Below are positions 25,797 to 39,569 of a stretch of DNA of 64,000 nt, piece by piece. Within the stretch, counting starts at the first letter, position 1, and each line of letters starts with the position of its first letter. The translations under genes were made by a program, and so were the position numbers. The stretch spans positions 17,670,001-17,734,000 of the forward strand of contig NC_086097.1 of assembly GCF_963921235.1 (NCBI RefSeq), in the 5' to 3' direction. The notes under the pieces are model-generated. The model saw only the letters and a list, made by a program, of their open reading frames with translations. It searched no databases and was not told the DNA's origin. The DNA comes from Mobula hypostoma. Lineage: Eukaryota.

Positions 25797-25975
25797 AACT
25801 TGTATGTTTTAGGAAAGTTTATCAAGGTTATGATTCTGGTCCAGAGCTTTGATAGATAATAGCATTGATTATCAGTAAAATACTTACCAATTTTCATTCC
25901 TACCTATATGTTAACTTTTTGAGTTGCATGATTTTTTGCTCTTTGACAATATTACCTCTTCCTTTTGTTCTTTAG

Positions 25976-26050
25976 TTCATCCCAAGATACAAAATGGCCA
26001 AATTGAGTGTCCCCTTGGTTATAAAAAAATGAATGACACAAATTGTGAAG
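25976..26050 (+). CDS. LTBP2: LTBP2 exon B: (V)HPKIQNGQIECPLGYKKMNDTNCE
   Basis: Acceptor ccttttgttctttag| and donor GAAG|gtaagt. 75 nt, phase 1-1. Resembles mammalian LTBP2 [21 protein letters not shown] (recalled). Confidence 0.93.
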
Positions 26051-26689
26051 GTAAGTTATAAAGTTTTTGTGAGCAATGAGATGACTGAAGGGAATATGAA
26101 CATATTTTTCTCATTATTAAATAAGATGTAATGGTATCATAGATATTCAAATGTTTGGGAAAGTTTTCAGTTCCATGACATTTTCAGACAGTGAAAAGTG
26201 TCTGGAGGAAAGAGTGTATTTTATGCATGTGCTAAAAGTTGTTTGCAGGCTAGTTGTTGAACTTCAATCAAATGTTGAAACAAGAACTGAAAATATATCT
26301 TGTCTGAAAAATTAATTTGATGGAATGTTCAATATTTATGTATTTTCTATTGTTCAAACTGCTTACTGAGAATATAAATTGTAGACTAAATATTACCTGA
26401 GTAACACCATCCAACTGTGGACATTAAAATTTAGAAGACTCTCAAAAATTCCTTATCACCTTTGTTCCATTCAATAAATTATTCTGTTTGTGGAAACTTC
26501 TTTTTAACAAAATATATATCTCTATCTCTAAAGAGGTTGCACCTGAACAAAATCATTCAAAAATCTTTGCAGTCAGGTTTGCTAGCGTTATCAGGTTTAA
26601 ATTTGTGGAAAGTAGGTTGGACCACAGAATGACAATGCAACAGGTAGGGAGGCTGACTTGTGATGGCAGAAGAAAAGTTGATGGGGCAT

Positions 26690-27835
26690 GATTTATATTC
26701 ACTTGGAAAGACAACCAGAAAATCTGTGAAGATCTAGATGGTGAGAAGGTTATCTTCTGAGACAGTGGGACACAGATAATCTGGATAGCTGGGCAGAGTA
26801 GTAGCAGATGAAATTTAATCCAGTCAAGTGTGAAGGAGTGCACTTTGAGAAGTCTGGTAAAACACATGGCAAAATTGGCAGGGACCTTAGAGACATTGCT
26901 GTACAGAGGCATCTAGTGGTCCATGCCCATAGCTCACTGGGAGCACTAGTAGATAGTGTAGTGAATAAGGCATCTACTATGCTTCCACTCATAGACTGAG
27001 GTAGAAAAATTGGGGCAGCATATTGCTTCGGTAGAATACAATGGTTAGATGGTGCTTGGGGTATTATGTATAGTTCTGGTCACACTCTGCAGGATATAAG
27101 AGCAATGGAGAGTGCAAAAATTATTCACCAGAATATCGCCTAGAATGGAGGGCTGTAGTTAAAGAAGCTTAGATAGACTAAGTTCACTGGAATGTAGGAG
27201 GCTGAGGGATGCCCTTTTGAATGGTATATAAAATCATGAAGGGCATATAAGGATAGATAACATTCCTTTCCTATGATCTTATGAAAATTTCTCACAGATG
27301 ACTTTAAAAGTCCTTGCAAGAGATTATTAGAGTCATAGAATCATAGAGCACTACAGCACAGAAAAGGCCCTTTGACCTTTCTAGATCCTACCAAACTATT
27401 AATCTGCCTAATCCCATCGACATGCACCTGGTCCCATTACCCTCCATACCCATCCCATTTATGTACCTTTCCAAATTTCACTTATGTGTTGAAATCAAAC
27501 CCAAATCCACCACTTTCACTGGCAGATCGTTCCACATGCTCAACACCTTCTGAGTGAAGATGTTCCCTTAAACAGTTTCTCTTTCACCCTTAACCCATGA
27601 ACAGTAATTCTGGTCTCACCTAATATCAGTGAGAAATCTTGTTTGCATTTACCCTATTTATTCCCCTCATAATTTTATATACCTCTATTAAATCTCTCCT
27701 CGTTCTTCTAAATTCTAGGGAATAAAATCCTAACCAATTAAACCTTGCCCTATAACTCAGGATATCTAGTCCTGGCAACATCCTTTAAATTTTCTGCACT
27801 CTTTCAATCTTATTGACTTCTTTCCTGCAGGTAAA
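26690..27835. mobile_element. Two old CR1 fragments (+ about 26690-27290; - about 27325-27835)
   Basis: Peptide MKFNPVKCEGVHF, a (tcataga) tail and CR1 3' sequence. Confidence 0.75.
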
Positions 27836-28119
27836 GTGAGCCATTTTTCTCCAGCTCAGCCATTTTTCACTTAGATGTTGCTTGCAGCTTTTCTCAGGTA
27901 AATCCACTTGTTATGCTTACTTATTGTATTGAATCATTCATGGTAGAAAGGAAAAATGCAGAGCATCAAGCTGAGATTTTTAAAAAATCATATTTACAAA
28001 GCAAGTGAGATGAGGATTGAGGTAGGTAGTCAGGAGTCAACATGTACTAAGATGTGACACCAAACTTACTTGGAACTGAACAACTTGACAGGATTTTGGA
28101 AGACAAGGGGAGTCAATGA

Positions 28120-28330
28120 GGCCAGCATGGTAATACAGCAGTTAGTGCTTCTGTCCCATAGGTTCATTGCTCTGGCTTCAATTTTGATTTTGAGTGCTGT
28201 CATTATGCAGTCTGGATGTTTTTTCTATAACTGTGTGGGTTTCCCATGGGTCTTCAAGTTTCCTCTCAGATCCAAAAAACCTTCATAAATGTAATATAAA
28301 TTCATTACTGTAAATTATCTCTAGTGAAAA
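28120..28330 (+). mobile_element. Old V-SINE/HE1-like SINE
   Basis: tgtgtgggtttccc..gtttcctctcagatccaaaaa resembles the V-domain. Confidence 0.55.
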
Positions 28331-28669
28331 TGAGTTACAGAAAAAATGAATCAGGAATGGAATTGATTGGATCCTTTGTCAGGAGCTGACATAGATTTGG
28401 TGGGCTGGGTGGCATAATTTTAAGTCATAGTAAAAATGTGAAAAGTCAATAGTTTTATATGTTGGAAATTGAAAAGGATGAGTTCTTTATGATTTATAGT
28501 TGGAATGCACCTTTTAATATCATACAGGCATATAATCAGCAAAGCTGTGATAGTGGAATTATGTATGGAAAAACTGAATGTCATAAGATTATACTAATAT
28601 TGTTCTCTTGAAAGTCAACACAGTACAGGATCTGGATGAGAAAAGGAAGAATGTAAGAATGCGGATAGT

Positions 28670-31317
28670 AAAACTTCTTTAAGTATGTAAAAAAAAAAGA
28701 GAGATGAGAGTGGATATAGGACCGCTAGAAAATGAAACAGGAGAAATAATAACAGGGGGACAAGGAGATGGCAGACGAACTAAATTATTATTTTGCATCA
28801 GCCTTCACTGTGGAAGACATGTATGCAATTGATGGCTTTGTGGCAAAGTTTGTAGATGATGCAGAGATAGGTGGAGGGGTAGGTAGTGCTGAGGAAGCAA
28901 TGCAATTGCAGCAGGACTAAGACAAATTGGAAGAATGGGCAGAAAAAGGTGGTAGATGGTATACAGTGTAGGGAAATTTATGATAATGATTTTGGTAAAA
29001 GGAACAATAGTGCGGACTATTATCTAAATGGAGAGAAGGTTCAGACATTAGAGGTGCAGAGAGACTTGGGAGTCCGCGTTTAAGACTCCCAGAAGGTTAA
29101 TTTACAGGTTGAGTCTGTAGTAATGAAGGCAAATGCAATGTTGGCACATTTATTTCAGGGGGAATAGAATATAAAAACAAGGAGATAATGCTGAGCCTTT
29201 ATAAGTCACCACTCAGGCTGCACTTGGAGTACTGTCAACAGTTTTGGGCACCATATCTTAGAAAGGATGTGTTGCCATTGGAGAGAGTCCAAAGGAAGTT
29301 CATGAGGATGATTCCGGGAATGAAGAGGTTGATGTATGAAGTATATTTGGCAGCTTTGTGCTTGTACTCTCTGGAATTTAGAAGAATGTGTGGGGATCTT
29401 ATTGAAACCTACCAAACATTGAAGGGACTAGTTAAGGTGAATGTGGAGAGGATGTTTCCTATGGTGAGGGTATCCAGAACTAGAGGGCACAGCCTCAAAA
29501 TTGAAGGCGACCCTTTAGAACAGAGGTAAGGAGGATTTTTTTAGTCAGAGAGTAGTAAATCTGTGGAATGCTCTGCCACAGACTACTGTAGAGGCCAAGT
29601 CCATGGGTATATTTAAGGTGGAAGTTGATAGTTTCCTGATCGGTCATGGCATCAAAGGATATGGTGAGAAGGCAGGTGTATGGAGTTGAGTGGGATCTGG
29701 GATCACCCATGATGGAATGGCAAAGCAGGCTGAATAGCCTAATTCTTCTCCATGTCTTATGTTCTAGCAGTGTGCCAGATGTTGAAGGGTGTGAGGGAAG
29801 AGAAGTGAATACAGTTACAAGGGAGAAGGTGCTTAAAAACCTGAAAGACCTAAGTGTACATAAGTCACCCAGACCAGATGAACTGCACCCTAGGGTTCTG
29901 AAAGAGGTAGCAGAAGAGATTATGGAGGCATTAGTAATGATCTGTCAAAAATCATTGAACACTGGCATTGTGACTCTGACCTCAGTAGTTGGGAAGATGT
30001 TGGAGTCAATTGTTAAAGATGAGGTTATAGAGTATATAGTGACACAGGACAAGATAGGACAAAGTCAGCATGGTTTCCTTAAGGGAAAATCTTGCCTGAC
30101 GAATCTGTTGGAATTCTTTGAGGAGATTACAAGTAGGCTAGATAAAGGGGATGCAGTGGATGTTGTATATTTAGACTTTCAGAAGGCCTTTCAGAGGTCC
30201 CACACATCAGGCTGCTTACTATTTAAGAGCCCATGGTATTACAGGAAAGTTACTGGCATGGTTAGACCATTGGCTGATTGGTTGAAGGCAGTGAGTAGGA
30301 ATAAAAGGATCTTTTTCTGGTTGGCTGCCAGTGACTAGTGGTGTTTCACAGGGGTTGGTGTTGGGACCACTTCTGTACTGCTGCATATCAATGAATTAGA
30401 TGATGGAATAGATAGTTTTGTTGCCAAGTTTGCAGATTGGTAGAGGGGCAGGTAGTTTTGAGGAAACAGATAGGCTGTAGAAGGACTTAGACAGGTTAGT
30501 AGAATGGGCAAGAGAGTGGCAAATAAAATATAATGTTGGAAAATGCGTGGTCATGCACTTTGTTAGTAGAAATAATTATGCAGACTGTTTTCTAAACGGG
30601 AAGAAAATCCAAAAATCTGAGATGCAAAGGGACTTGGGAGTCCTTGTGCAGAACAGCCTAACGGTTAACTTGCAGGTTGAGTCAGTGCTGATGAAGGCAA
30701 ATGCATGTTAGCATTAGTTTCAAGCGGTCTAGAATACAAGAGCAGGGATTTGATGCTGAGGCTTTGTAAGGCACTGGTGAGGCCTCACCTTGAGTATTGT
30801 GAACAGTTTTGGCCTCCTCATCTTAGAAAAGATATGCTGGCATTGGAGAAGGTTCGGAGGAGGTTAACAAGGATGATTCCAGGAATGAAAGGGTTATCAT
30901 ATGAGGAATATTTAATGACCCTGGGTCTGTACTCACCGGAATTTAGAAGGATGGGGGAGGATCTCGTTGAAACGTTTCGAATGTTGAATGGCGTAGGCAG
31001 GATGTTTCCCATGTTGGGAGAGTAGGACAAGAGGGCACATCTTCAGGATAGAGGGGTTCCATTTAAAACAGAGATGCAGAGAAATTTCTTTAGCCAAAGG
31101 GTGGTGAATTTGTGAAATTTGTTACCACAGGCAGTTGTGGAGGCCAGGTCTTTGGATGTATTTAAGGCAGAGATTGATTGGACACAGCAGCAAAAGTTAC
31201 GGGAAAAAGGCTGGAGTGTGGGGCTGAGGAGGGGAAGAGAGGATCAACCATGATGGAATAGCAAAGGAGACTCAATGGGCTGATTGGCCTAACTCTGCTC
31301 CTATGTCTTATGGTCTT
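28670..31317 (+). mobile_element. CR1 ORF2 fragment with a second CR1 3' fragment nested at about 28820-29766
   Basis: The host reads FTVED|SSVPDVEG across the insert. Each piece ends in its own (tcttatg) tail. RT motifs present. Confidence 0.85.
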
Positions 31318-31629
31318 AATTAGCTACAAGGGTGTAATTAGGCTGTGCTGGTCTCTAAATACTGTAAATAAGTAATCAGCACAGCTTAGTACATGGACCA
31401 GTTTCATGTATGAGTACTTCTAAACAATCTAGCATTTGCGAGTGTGGGAATTTTTACATATTCGTATGCTTGATCCCATTTTTTGAATTTAAATTTTGCA
31501 GATGCTATTTGCCAACTTATCTTTAACTTCGCAAACACGAGGAATTCTGCAGATGCTGGAAATTCAAGCAACAGTTATCAAAGTTGCTGGTGAACGCAGC
31601 AGGCTGGGCAGCATCTCTAGGAAGAGGTA

Positions 31630-31667
31630 CAGTCGACGTTTCGGGCCGACACCCTTCGTCAGGACTA
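31630..31667 (-). ncRNA. Minimal type I hammerhead ribozyme motif, intact core
   Basis: Minus strand TAGTC-CTGACGA-A-GGGT(GTCG)GCCC-GAAA-CGTC-GACTG: stem I, core, stem II, palindromic ACGT in place of stem III, and a GUC site. Confidence 0.8.
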
Positions 31668-32082
31668 ACTGAAAGAAGAGCTAGTAAGAGATTTGAAAGT
31701 GGGAGGGGGAGGGGGAGATCCGAAATGATAGGAGAAGACAGGAGGGGGAGGGATGGAGCCAAGAGCTGGAAAGTTGATTGGCAAAGGGGATAGGAGAGGA
31801 TCATGGGGCAGGAGGCCTAGGGAGAAAGAAAAGGGGTGGGGAAGCCCAGAGGATGGGCAAGGGTGTCCCTCTCACTATACCCCTTTGCCCATCCTCTGGG
31901 CTTTTTCTCCCCTCCCCTTTTTTTCCTCCCTAGGCCTCCTGTCCCATGTTCCTCTCATATCCCTTTTGCCAATCAACTGTCCAGCTCTTGGCTCCATCCC
32001 TCCCCCTCCTATCTTCCCCTATCATTTTGGATCTCCCCCTCACCCTCCCACTTTCAAATCTCTTACTAGCTCTTCTTTCAGT

Positions 32083-32120
32083 TAGTCCTGACGAATGGTC
32101 TCGGCCCGAAATGTCAACTG
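32083..32120 (+). ncRNA. Degenerate minimal hammerhead motif
   Basis: TAGTC-CTGACGA-A-TGGTCTCGGCCC-GAAA-TGTC-AACTG. First stem II G changed to T, plus CpG decay. Confidence 0.55.
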
Positions 32121-32904
32121 TACTGCTTCCTAGAGATGCTGCCCGGCCTGCTCTGTTCACCAGCAACTTTGATTTGATATTAACTTGTTCCTTTCACATT
32201 CTCAGTGGTAAATCATCTATTTGCTGGTGGCAGTTGCACTGTTGATTAACTAACTTCCTTAAGCAACTGTAGTAGCTGCCCTAGATTTTTTAGGGGAATT
32301 TTAGCTATTATAAATTAGACAGACTCACGAAAGCATGCCAGTAAGCTGAATTCCACACTACTGTATTTATGCACTTTGAAACTAGTAATTTTCAGCAAGT
32401 TAATTTATTTATTTACTACAGCAAATACAGAAAATGCTGAAAATTCTTAACAGCTCAGGGAAGAGACACAGTAAATATTCCAGGTGAAGAATCCTTTTTT
32501 ACTTATCTATTATGTCATGCAATAAATTCAAAACTCTTCATGAATCATGGACAATAACAGGTGCAGGAAATGCTTTCTGCTGAGCCAATGCTGGTTGAGG
32601 TTAAGAGATTGAGTAAAAATTGTCATCACTGTATACAGTTTGAAGGCAGGGTTTCCCTGAATTGCAAATTTCAGCAGGTATTTATTCTGCTGTACAGGAA
32701 AATGCAGCTAAGAGTGATTGAGTGATTACCAGGCAATAACCAGCAAGTATATTGTTCAGAAGACCCCTTTAGGATACTATACTCTTGAATCATTATTGCT
32801 CTTGAATAATGATATGGGTGAGAGGATACTACAATCAAACCCAAAATCATAGCATATTGATACCAGTAAAACAAGCAGATAAAGGAATGAAATACTGTGT
32901 GACA

Positions 32905-33165
32905 GAAGATGAGAAGGGATTTCTTTAGCTAGAGTATGGTGAACCTGTGGAATTTGTTGCCACAGGTAGCTGTGGAGGTCAGGTCATTGAGTATATTTAA
33001 GGCAGAGGTTGATAAGTTCTTGATTAGTCAGGGCATAGAAGGTTATGTGGAGAAGGCAGGACTATGGGGTGAGAGGGAAAATGGATCAGTCATGATGAAA
33101 TGGCGGAGCAGACTTGATGGGCCAAATAGTCCAATTCTGCTCCTATCTCTTATAGTCTTATGGTT
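32905..33165 (+). mobile_element. CR1 3' fragment
   Basis: Peptide VNLWNLLPQVAVEVRSLSIFKAEVDKFL and (tcttat) tail. Confidence 0.85.
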
Positions 33166-33639
33166 TTGAGCAATGAAGAACGAGATTATGAACTAAGACT
33201 TCAAAGGTGCAGGAATTTCTTTTTAACCCCAGTTGCCATATATGAGGACAGGTGTACCTGGATAGATAGTTAGCAGGAAAAGTATTAGATTCTTTGGACA
33301 TTTTGATCATTTCTAGGGAAAGTGCCCTTCTACTGATCATCCAGCTTGCACCTCAATAGAAACTTTTGAAAAGGTTTGTTAAAGCTATTGAGGTGGGTTT
33401 TAATTAGGCTGGTGGTGGATGGAAAGCAGAGCATAGATTGAGAATTCATCAGGGAATTTGGATGGAAGACCAAACATTAGAAAAGAGACAAAAGAAAGGA
33501 AACTGGCTTTGCTCAAACTGTATACCAAAATAGGGTGCTTCTCTACTGGCTGCATTAGCAGATGCAAATATTCAGAAGTCACCCTCTAGATTATTTTACT
33601 TCCTTCATTGATAATGCCAGACAAAGTGGTGTGGAAAGA

Positions 33640-33870
33640 GGAGTTGAAATAGTTTGTAAATGGGAGCTCACTTTGGCCGTTGTGAATGAGTGCAGGTGCT
33701 GACAAAGTGTTTGTCTACTCTACACTTGGTCTCACCAATGTAGAGAAGGCTACATCACGAACACTGAATTCAATAGACAAGCTGGGAGGAGGTGTATAAT
33801 GTGTGAATTTCTGTCTCAGCTGGAAGGGTTGGTTAGGTTCATGGATGGTAGTACAGGAGGAGGTGTAAGA
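33640..33870 (-). mobile_element. Penelope GIY-YIG fragment
   Basis: Minus strand reads LVY*IQCS*CSLLYIGETKCR. Confidence 0.7.
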
Positions 33871-35419
33871 ACTGATGTTAGTTTTAACATTATTAGTAGT
33901 AAGCTTTCCACTGAATGTTTTTAATAAGTGAGTCACAGAAGATTAATTAAATTAATATACAAGGGTTAGGGTCATAATGAAATATACAAATGTTTTGCTA
34001 ACTGATATGTGGTCAGTAGGATCAGCCAAGCAAGACCACAAAATATTAGAAGAAAACACAACATTGTTTCTTTGATTCTAGAAAATGTAATTAAGATGTA
34101 TGAATGGAACATATCGAAAGCAAGTTGTGTTTAGCTTTAACATGAAGTACTTAATAACACAGAATTAATTTTACATAATTTAGCATTCATGTAAAATGGT
34201 AAACCAGGGGCATTGGAATCCACTCCTTTTTTGCTATTTGGTTATATAATAGCTTATCTATATCTTTTCTACTTCTCTACCACTCTACCTTGGTTCAAAC
34301 CTCTTACTTGATCCCAAATCTGAAATGACTTTTGGAAGAAAAGCTTCATTCTCCTAGCTTCTGTATGAAGAAAAGTTTAATGACATCATACCAAAATAAC
34401 TCAGCTGTATTTCAAAACAACCACATCCAAGACAACAGTTTTTCTTTATTCATCATACGAAGTCCTTAATCATTTTAAATGCCTCACTTAAATATTTGAA
34501 ATAACTTCATAACTTAACCTCTATGGTGAATGTAATGTCCCTCACATTCTAGATCTTTTATCAGGTAGTTGTTTAAGAACAAAAACAAATTGTATGCACA
34601 AGGTCGATGTCCATACAAATTTCTCACTCTTGCATGGAAATAAAAAGGCCCATATTCCCTTACTGCAAGATAAAGATAATAACCTTTATTAAATTTGATT
34701 TTAACTGTAAACTATACAGGACTGTGCGAAGAATCTCCCAGCATACTGTAGATATACAAATTCCAGAATACCATTTAATAAAACACAGTTTTACTTAAGG
34801 AACCTATTTCTTTTGTTCCTTTATGTTTGAGTTCCAGATAGAAGTATCCTCCTCCTGCAATTACCTGAAACCATTTATTTGTGTGTTCAGACCCCTATCA
34901 TGCTCCTGGCAAGTTTCTGGTATATGGTTACCTCTAACTGGCAGAGTCAACTGAAAGAGTGAAAAAGATTATAGCACTTGAGGTATGTTCACAGCTACTT
35001 AAGCATAAATTTGCACAATCTTTAATGTTGATACAAAAGTCAATTCATCCAAAGTTAGGAATATCTCTGGTTGAGATGGCAAGATTTCATTAGTTGTGCC
35101 AAGTTGAATGTGTTCATTACAGTGCACTTATTATTCCAAGCACAGGCATCAATGATCACATTAATGACCTACAGCTGTAATAATCATGAATCAGTTGAAG
35201 CTCCTCTGGATATTCATCATATCCTAATACTGGAATGTTTCATATTGCTCGAACTTCAGTTTAAATTCAAGTAATTCAATTGATTGGGCTGTGATACATA
35301 ATACATAAGCATCCAATTGAAGCCACATTCTTAATTCTTCAACAGCATAGTTCCATTAGTAATCTTGATGCTTCATTGGCCATGTCGTAGTCAGTGATAA
35401 TAAAATTGTTACTATCTTT

Positions 35420-38400
35420 TATGGGTCAGTGGTGTTGGGGATAATGCCATGATGGAGAAGTGACCATCTAACAGAGTACTCAGAATCAAGATAAATGAAT
35501 CATTTTTGAATTTATGATCAGTAATTAATGATCTTTGTGTGGCTTCAATTATTTGTAATCTGTATTAAGTTGGATGCAGGGACCAAGTGTACTGTAGCCA
35601 AATTTGCTGACGATAGTAATATGTATTAACAAGTTGTGAAGAGGAGATAAGGAACTGCAATGAAATATAGATAAATTAAGTGAGTGGTGAGATGTCAGAT
35701 AGAGTTCAATACTTACAACTTTCAGCAATCCACTTTGGAAGGAAGAATAAAATAGCAAACTATCATTTAGAAAGTGAGACTTCAAATGGCTGCAGTGCAA
35801 AGGAATATGATATTCCAGTGCATGAATCACAAAATATTAGCATTCAGATAGAGTAAGTAATTAGAAAGCCTGATGGAATATTGGCCTTTATTGCAAAAGG
35901 TATAGTGTATAAAAGTACATCGAATAAAGAGCAGTACTGCAGAGGAACAGGCCCTGATGTGCCGTACATAGAGTCGTACAGGATAGAAACACGCCCTTTG
36001 GCCTATCTAGTCCATGCCGTAACCATTTAAACTGCCTACTCCCATCGACCTGCACCGAGAAATAGCCTTCCAGATTCCTACTATCCATATACCTATCCAA
36101 ACTTCTCTTAAACATTGAAATTGGGCTCATATGCACCACTTGTGCTGGCAGCTCATTCCACACTTGCACTCTGAAGAAGTTTCCCCTCATGTTTCCCCAC
36201 TTAAACTTCTCACCTTTCAGCCTTAACCCATGACCTCTGGCTGTAGTCCCACTTAACCTCAATGGAAAAAGCCTGCTTGCATTTACCCTATCTATAGCCC
36301 TAGCAGTTTTGTATAACTCTATCAAGTCTCCTCTCAGTCCTCGGCATTCTAAAGAATACAGTCCTAGCTTATTCAATCTTTCCTTATAAACTCGAAAGTC
36401 CTCCAGACCTGGCAACATCCTTGTAAATTTTCTCGACACTCTTTCAACTGTATTTACATCTTTCTCTAGGTAGGTGACTAAAACTGCATGGAGTACTCCA
36501 AATTGGGCCTTATCAATGTCTTATTCAACTTCAACATAACATCCCACTTTCTGTACTGAATACATTGATTTATGAAGGCCAATGTTCCAAAAGTTTTCTT
36601 TACAAACCTATCTACCTGTGACACCACTTTCAACAAATTATAGACCTGTATTCCCAGATTCCTTTGTTCTACCACACTCCTCAGTACCCTACTGTTTACT
36701 GTGTAAGACCTGCCCTGGTTGGTCCTACCAAAGTGCAAAACCTCTCACTTGTCTGCATTAAATTCCATCTACAATTTTTCAAGCTGATGCAAATCCCTCT
36801 TCAAGCCTTCCTCGCTATCCACTAAACCCCCAATCTTGGTGTCATCCACAAATTTGCTGATCCAGTTAATCACATTATCATCCAGAATATTGATATAGGT
36901 GGCAAACAACAAAGGACCCAGGAACCAGCACCGATCCCTGTGGCACACAACTAGTCACAGGCCTCCAGTCAATGAGGCAAGCCTCACCAATTTATAATTT
37001 CTAGGTTTCTGTTTAGAGCCTTTTTAAAACAGTGGAAGAACATTGGCTATCCCCAATCCTCTGGTATGTTTCCTGTCACTAAAGATTACTGCAATTGCCT
37101 CCTTTAGGGTTTGAGGGAACACCTTGTCAGGACCTGGGGATTTATCCACCCTGATTTGCAAACACCTCCTCCTCTGTAATCTGTACAGGATCCATGAAGT
37201 TTATGCCACTTTACCTCACTTCTATAGACTCTGTATTCATCTCCCGAGTAAATACAAACGCAAAGAATGCATTTAAGGTTTCTCCCATCTGATTTGACTC
37301 CACACATGGATTACCTTTGGCCTTCCAGAGGACCAATTTTGTCCCTTGCAATCCTTTTGTTCTTAACGTATCTGTAGAATCCTTTCAGATTCTTCTTCAC
37401 CCTGTCTACTAGAGCAACCTTCTGCCTTCTTTTAGCCTTCCTGATTTCTTTCTTAAGTGTCCTTTTGCATTTCTTGTACTCTATATACATCTCATTGTTC
37501 CTCCTTGCCTATACCTGCTATGCACCTCCTTTTATTTTTCTCTTAACCAGGGTCTCAATATCACTTGAAAACCAAGGTTCCCTACACTTGTTATCTTTAT
37601 TGTTTATTCTGATAGGCATATATCTCATATATATATCATATATATAGGCATATAATTTTGTACTCTCAAAATTTGGTTTTTGAAGACCTCCCACTTTTCA
37701 AGTACACCTTTGCCAGAAAACAGCTGTCCCATTCTACACAGATCATTTCTGATATCATCAAAATTGACCTTTCTTCAATTTAGAATCTCAACCTTTGGAC
37801 CATACTTATCTTTTTTTCACATGTACTTTGAAGCTAATGACATTGTGGCCACAGGATGCAAAGCCTTCCACTACACAAACTTCTGTCACCTGGTCTGTCT
37901 CATTCCCTAATCACAGATCCAGTATCACATGTTCTCTCATTGGAAATTCTACGTAATGATGAAGGAAACTTTCCCGAACACATTTTATAGACTCTATCCC
38001 ATCTAGTCCTTCAACAGTATGGGATTCCCAGTCAATATGTGGAAAGTTAAAACCACCTACTATAACAACCTTGTGTTTCTTGCAACAGTCCATGATGCCA
38101 GTTTTAACGAATCTCATTTGCTTGCACATAATCTGTATCTCCTTCATTCCCTGCCTGTTCATGTGCCTGTCTAAATGGCTCATATGCATTGCTATTTCAA
38201 ATACTGCCACCACTTCCCTGGCAGCCTGTGCCAGGTACCTAATATTTTCTGTGTGTAGAAGAAAAAAACTTGCCTCATATATCTTGTTTAAACTTCCCTC
38301 CCCCACCTAATATTTAAAGCTATGCTCTCTAGTATTTGATATTTCCTCTCTATCTACATTACGTCTCTCATAATTTTCCATATATACTTATATTGGGTCA

Positions 38401-38570
38401 ACCCTTAGCCTCTGATGCTGCAGAGAAAATAATTCAGGTTTGGCTAACCTTTCCAGAGCTAATATTCTATATCCAGGCAATATCTTGGTGAACCTCTTCT
38501 GTACCCTCTCCAAAGTCTTCACATCTTTCCTATAATGACCAGAACTGTACATAATACAACACATCTGGTT
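35420..38570. mobile_element. CR1 fragment cluster (old + piece to about 35910; minus pieces 35925-38570)
   Basis: Peptides RKFTRMLPGLE, MHFGRTNQ..RPNLEY and VVIVGGFNFPHIDW. Confidence 0.85.
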
Positions 38571-39569
38571 TAACTATTTTTCTTTACATCTTTAAGTTTA
38601 CAGACTGTTGGTGAGATCACATATAGCAAACAATTTGGTCTCCATCTATAAGGAGATCTGCAATGAAAGATCTGGCATACAGAGAGGTTGAGCACATTGG
38701 ATCTCTTCTCATTGAAGTACAGGAGAATGAGAGGTGAACTTTTTGAGGGGGCTTTGCAATTTGATACAGACAAGATGTTCCCTCAATGGTTTTATGTAAA
38801 ACAGATGGCATTAATTTCATGTGTCACTTTATGGATGTACAATCAGTCTATGTGTGTAAGCTATCATGTATTTTTATTTATTGTATTATTTTTACTATTT
38901 TTGTGTTTTTAACTTTTTGTGGGTTTTTTTTGAGCGCAACTGATCTGGAGTAACAATTATTTTGTTCTTTACATTTATGTACAGGAAGTGACATTAAACA
39001 ATCTTGAATTTTGAAAAAGTTGCTAATTTAAGATGGCGCAGAAATTTCTTGTATTACAAGACCATGAATCTTTGGATTTCTCCACTCCAGAGAACTGTGG
39101 GTGCAAAAAAACTTGCAGCGTTGGAGCCTTAATTGGATTAGTCATGTTCTTAATAAATGGCAGAGGAGGTTTCAGGGAAAACTGGCCTACTGTGGTTCTT
39201 GCTTCATAGAACTCATTAGTTGAATTGGTTCATGGAGAATTTTACAAATTTGTAAATATCTATTTTTATAGAAATTTGGGCATATCTTTACTTCAGCAAA
39301 ACTAGTGGAGGTCAAAGAGGATTCATGATCGGGAACAATGTTGCTCTATACAATTTGTTCTGTTCTCCATTGGTCTGCTATCTTAGATAATTTTCTACTT
39401 TTATGATTCTAAGTTATAGTCAACTGAGAAATATGAGGTAGTTCTCTTTTACTTTCTGAATTTCTGAGTCAGTACTGGTGGTTCATCCATCTCATATGAG
39501 AGACCCAGGTTCATTATCAGTACTTTATGCACTGTGGTGTCAGTGTTGTATTGCTTGTGGCTGCTTGTG

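Larger units (their letters stand above)
31530..32173. repeat. Inverted pair of Penelope terminal repeats (about 290-bp arms)
   Basis: 31577-31863 is the reverse complement of about 31880-32173. Both arms match 63690-64000. Confidence 0.92.

Noticed and set aside
31584..32245. Cluster of overlapping ORFs on both strands
   Set aside because: It is an artefact of the low-complexity purine/pyrimidine-skewed inverted repeat.
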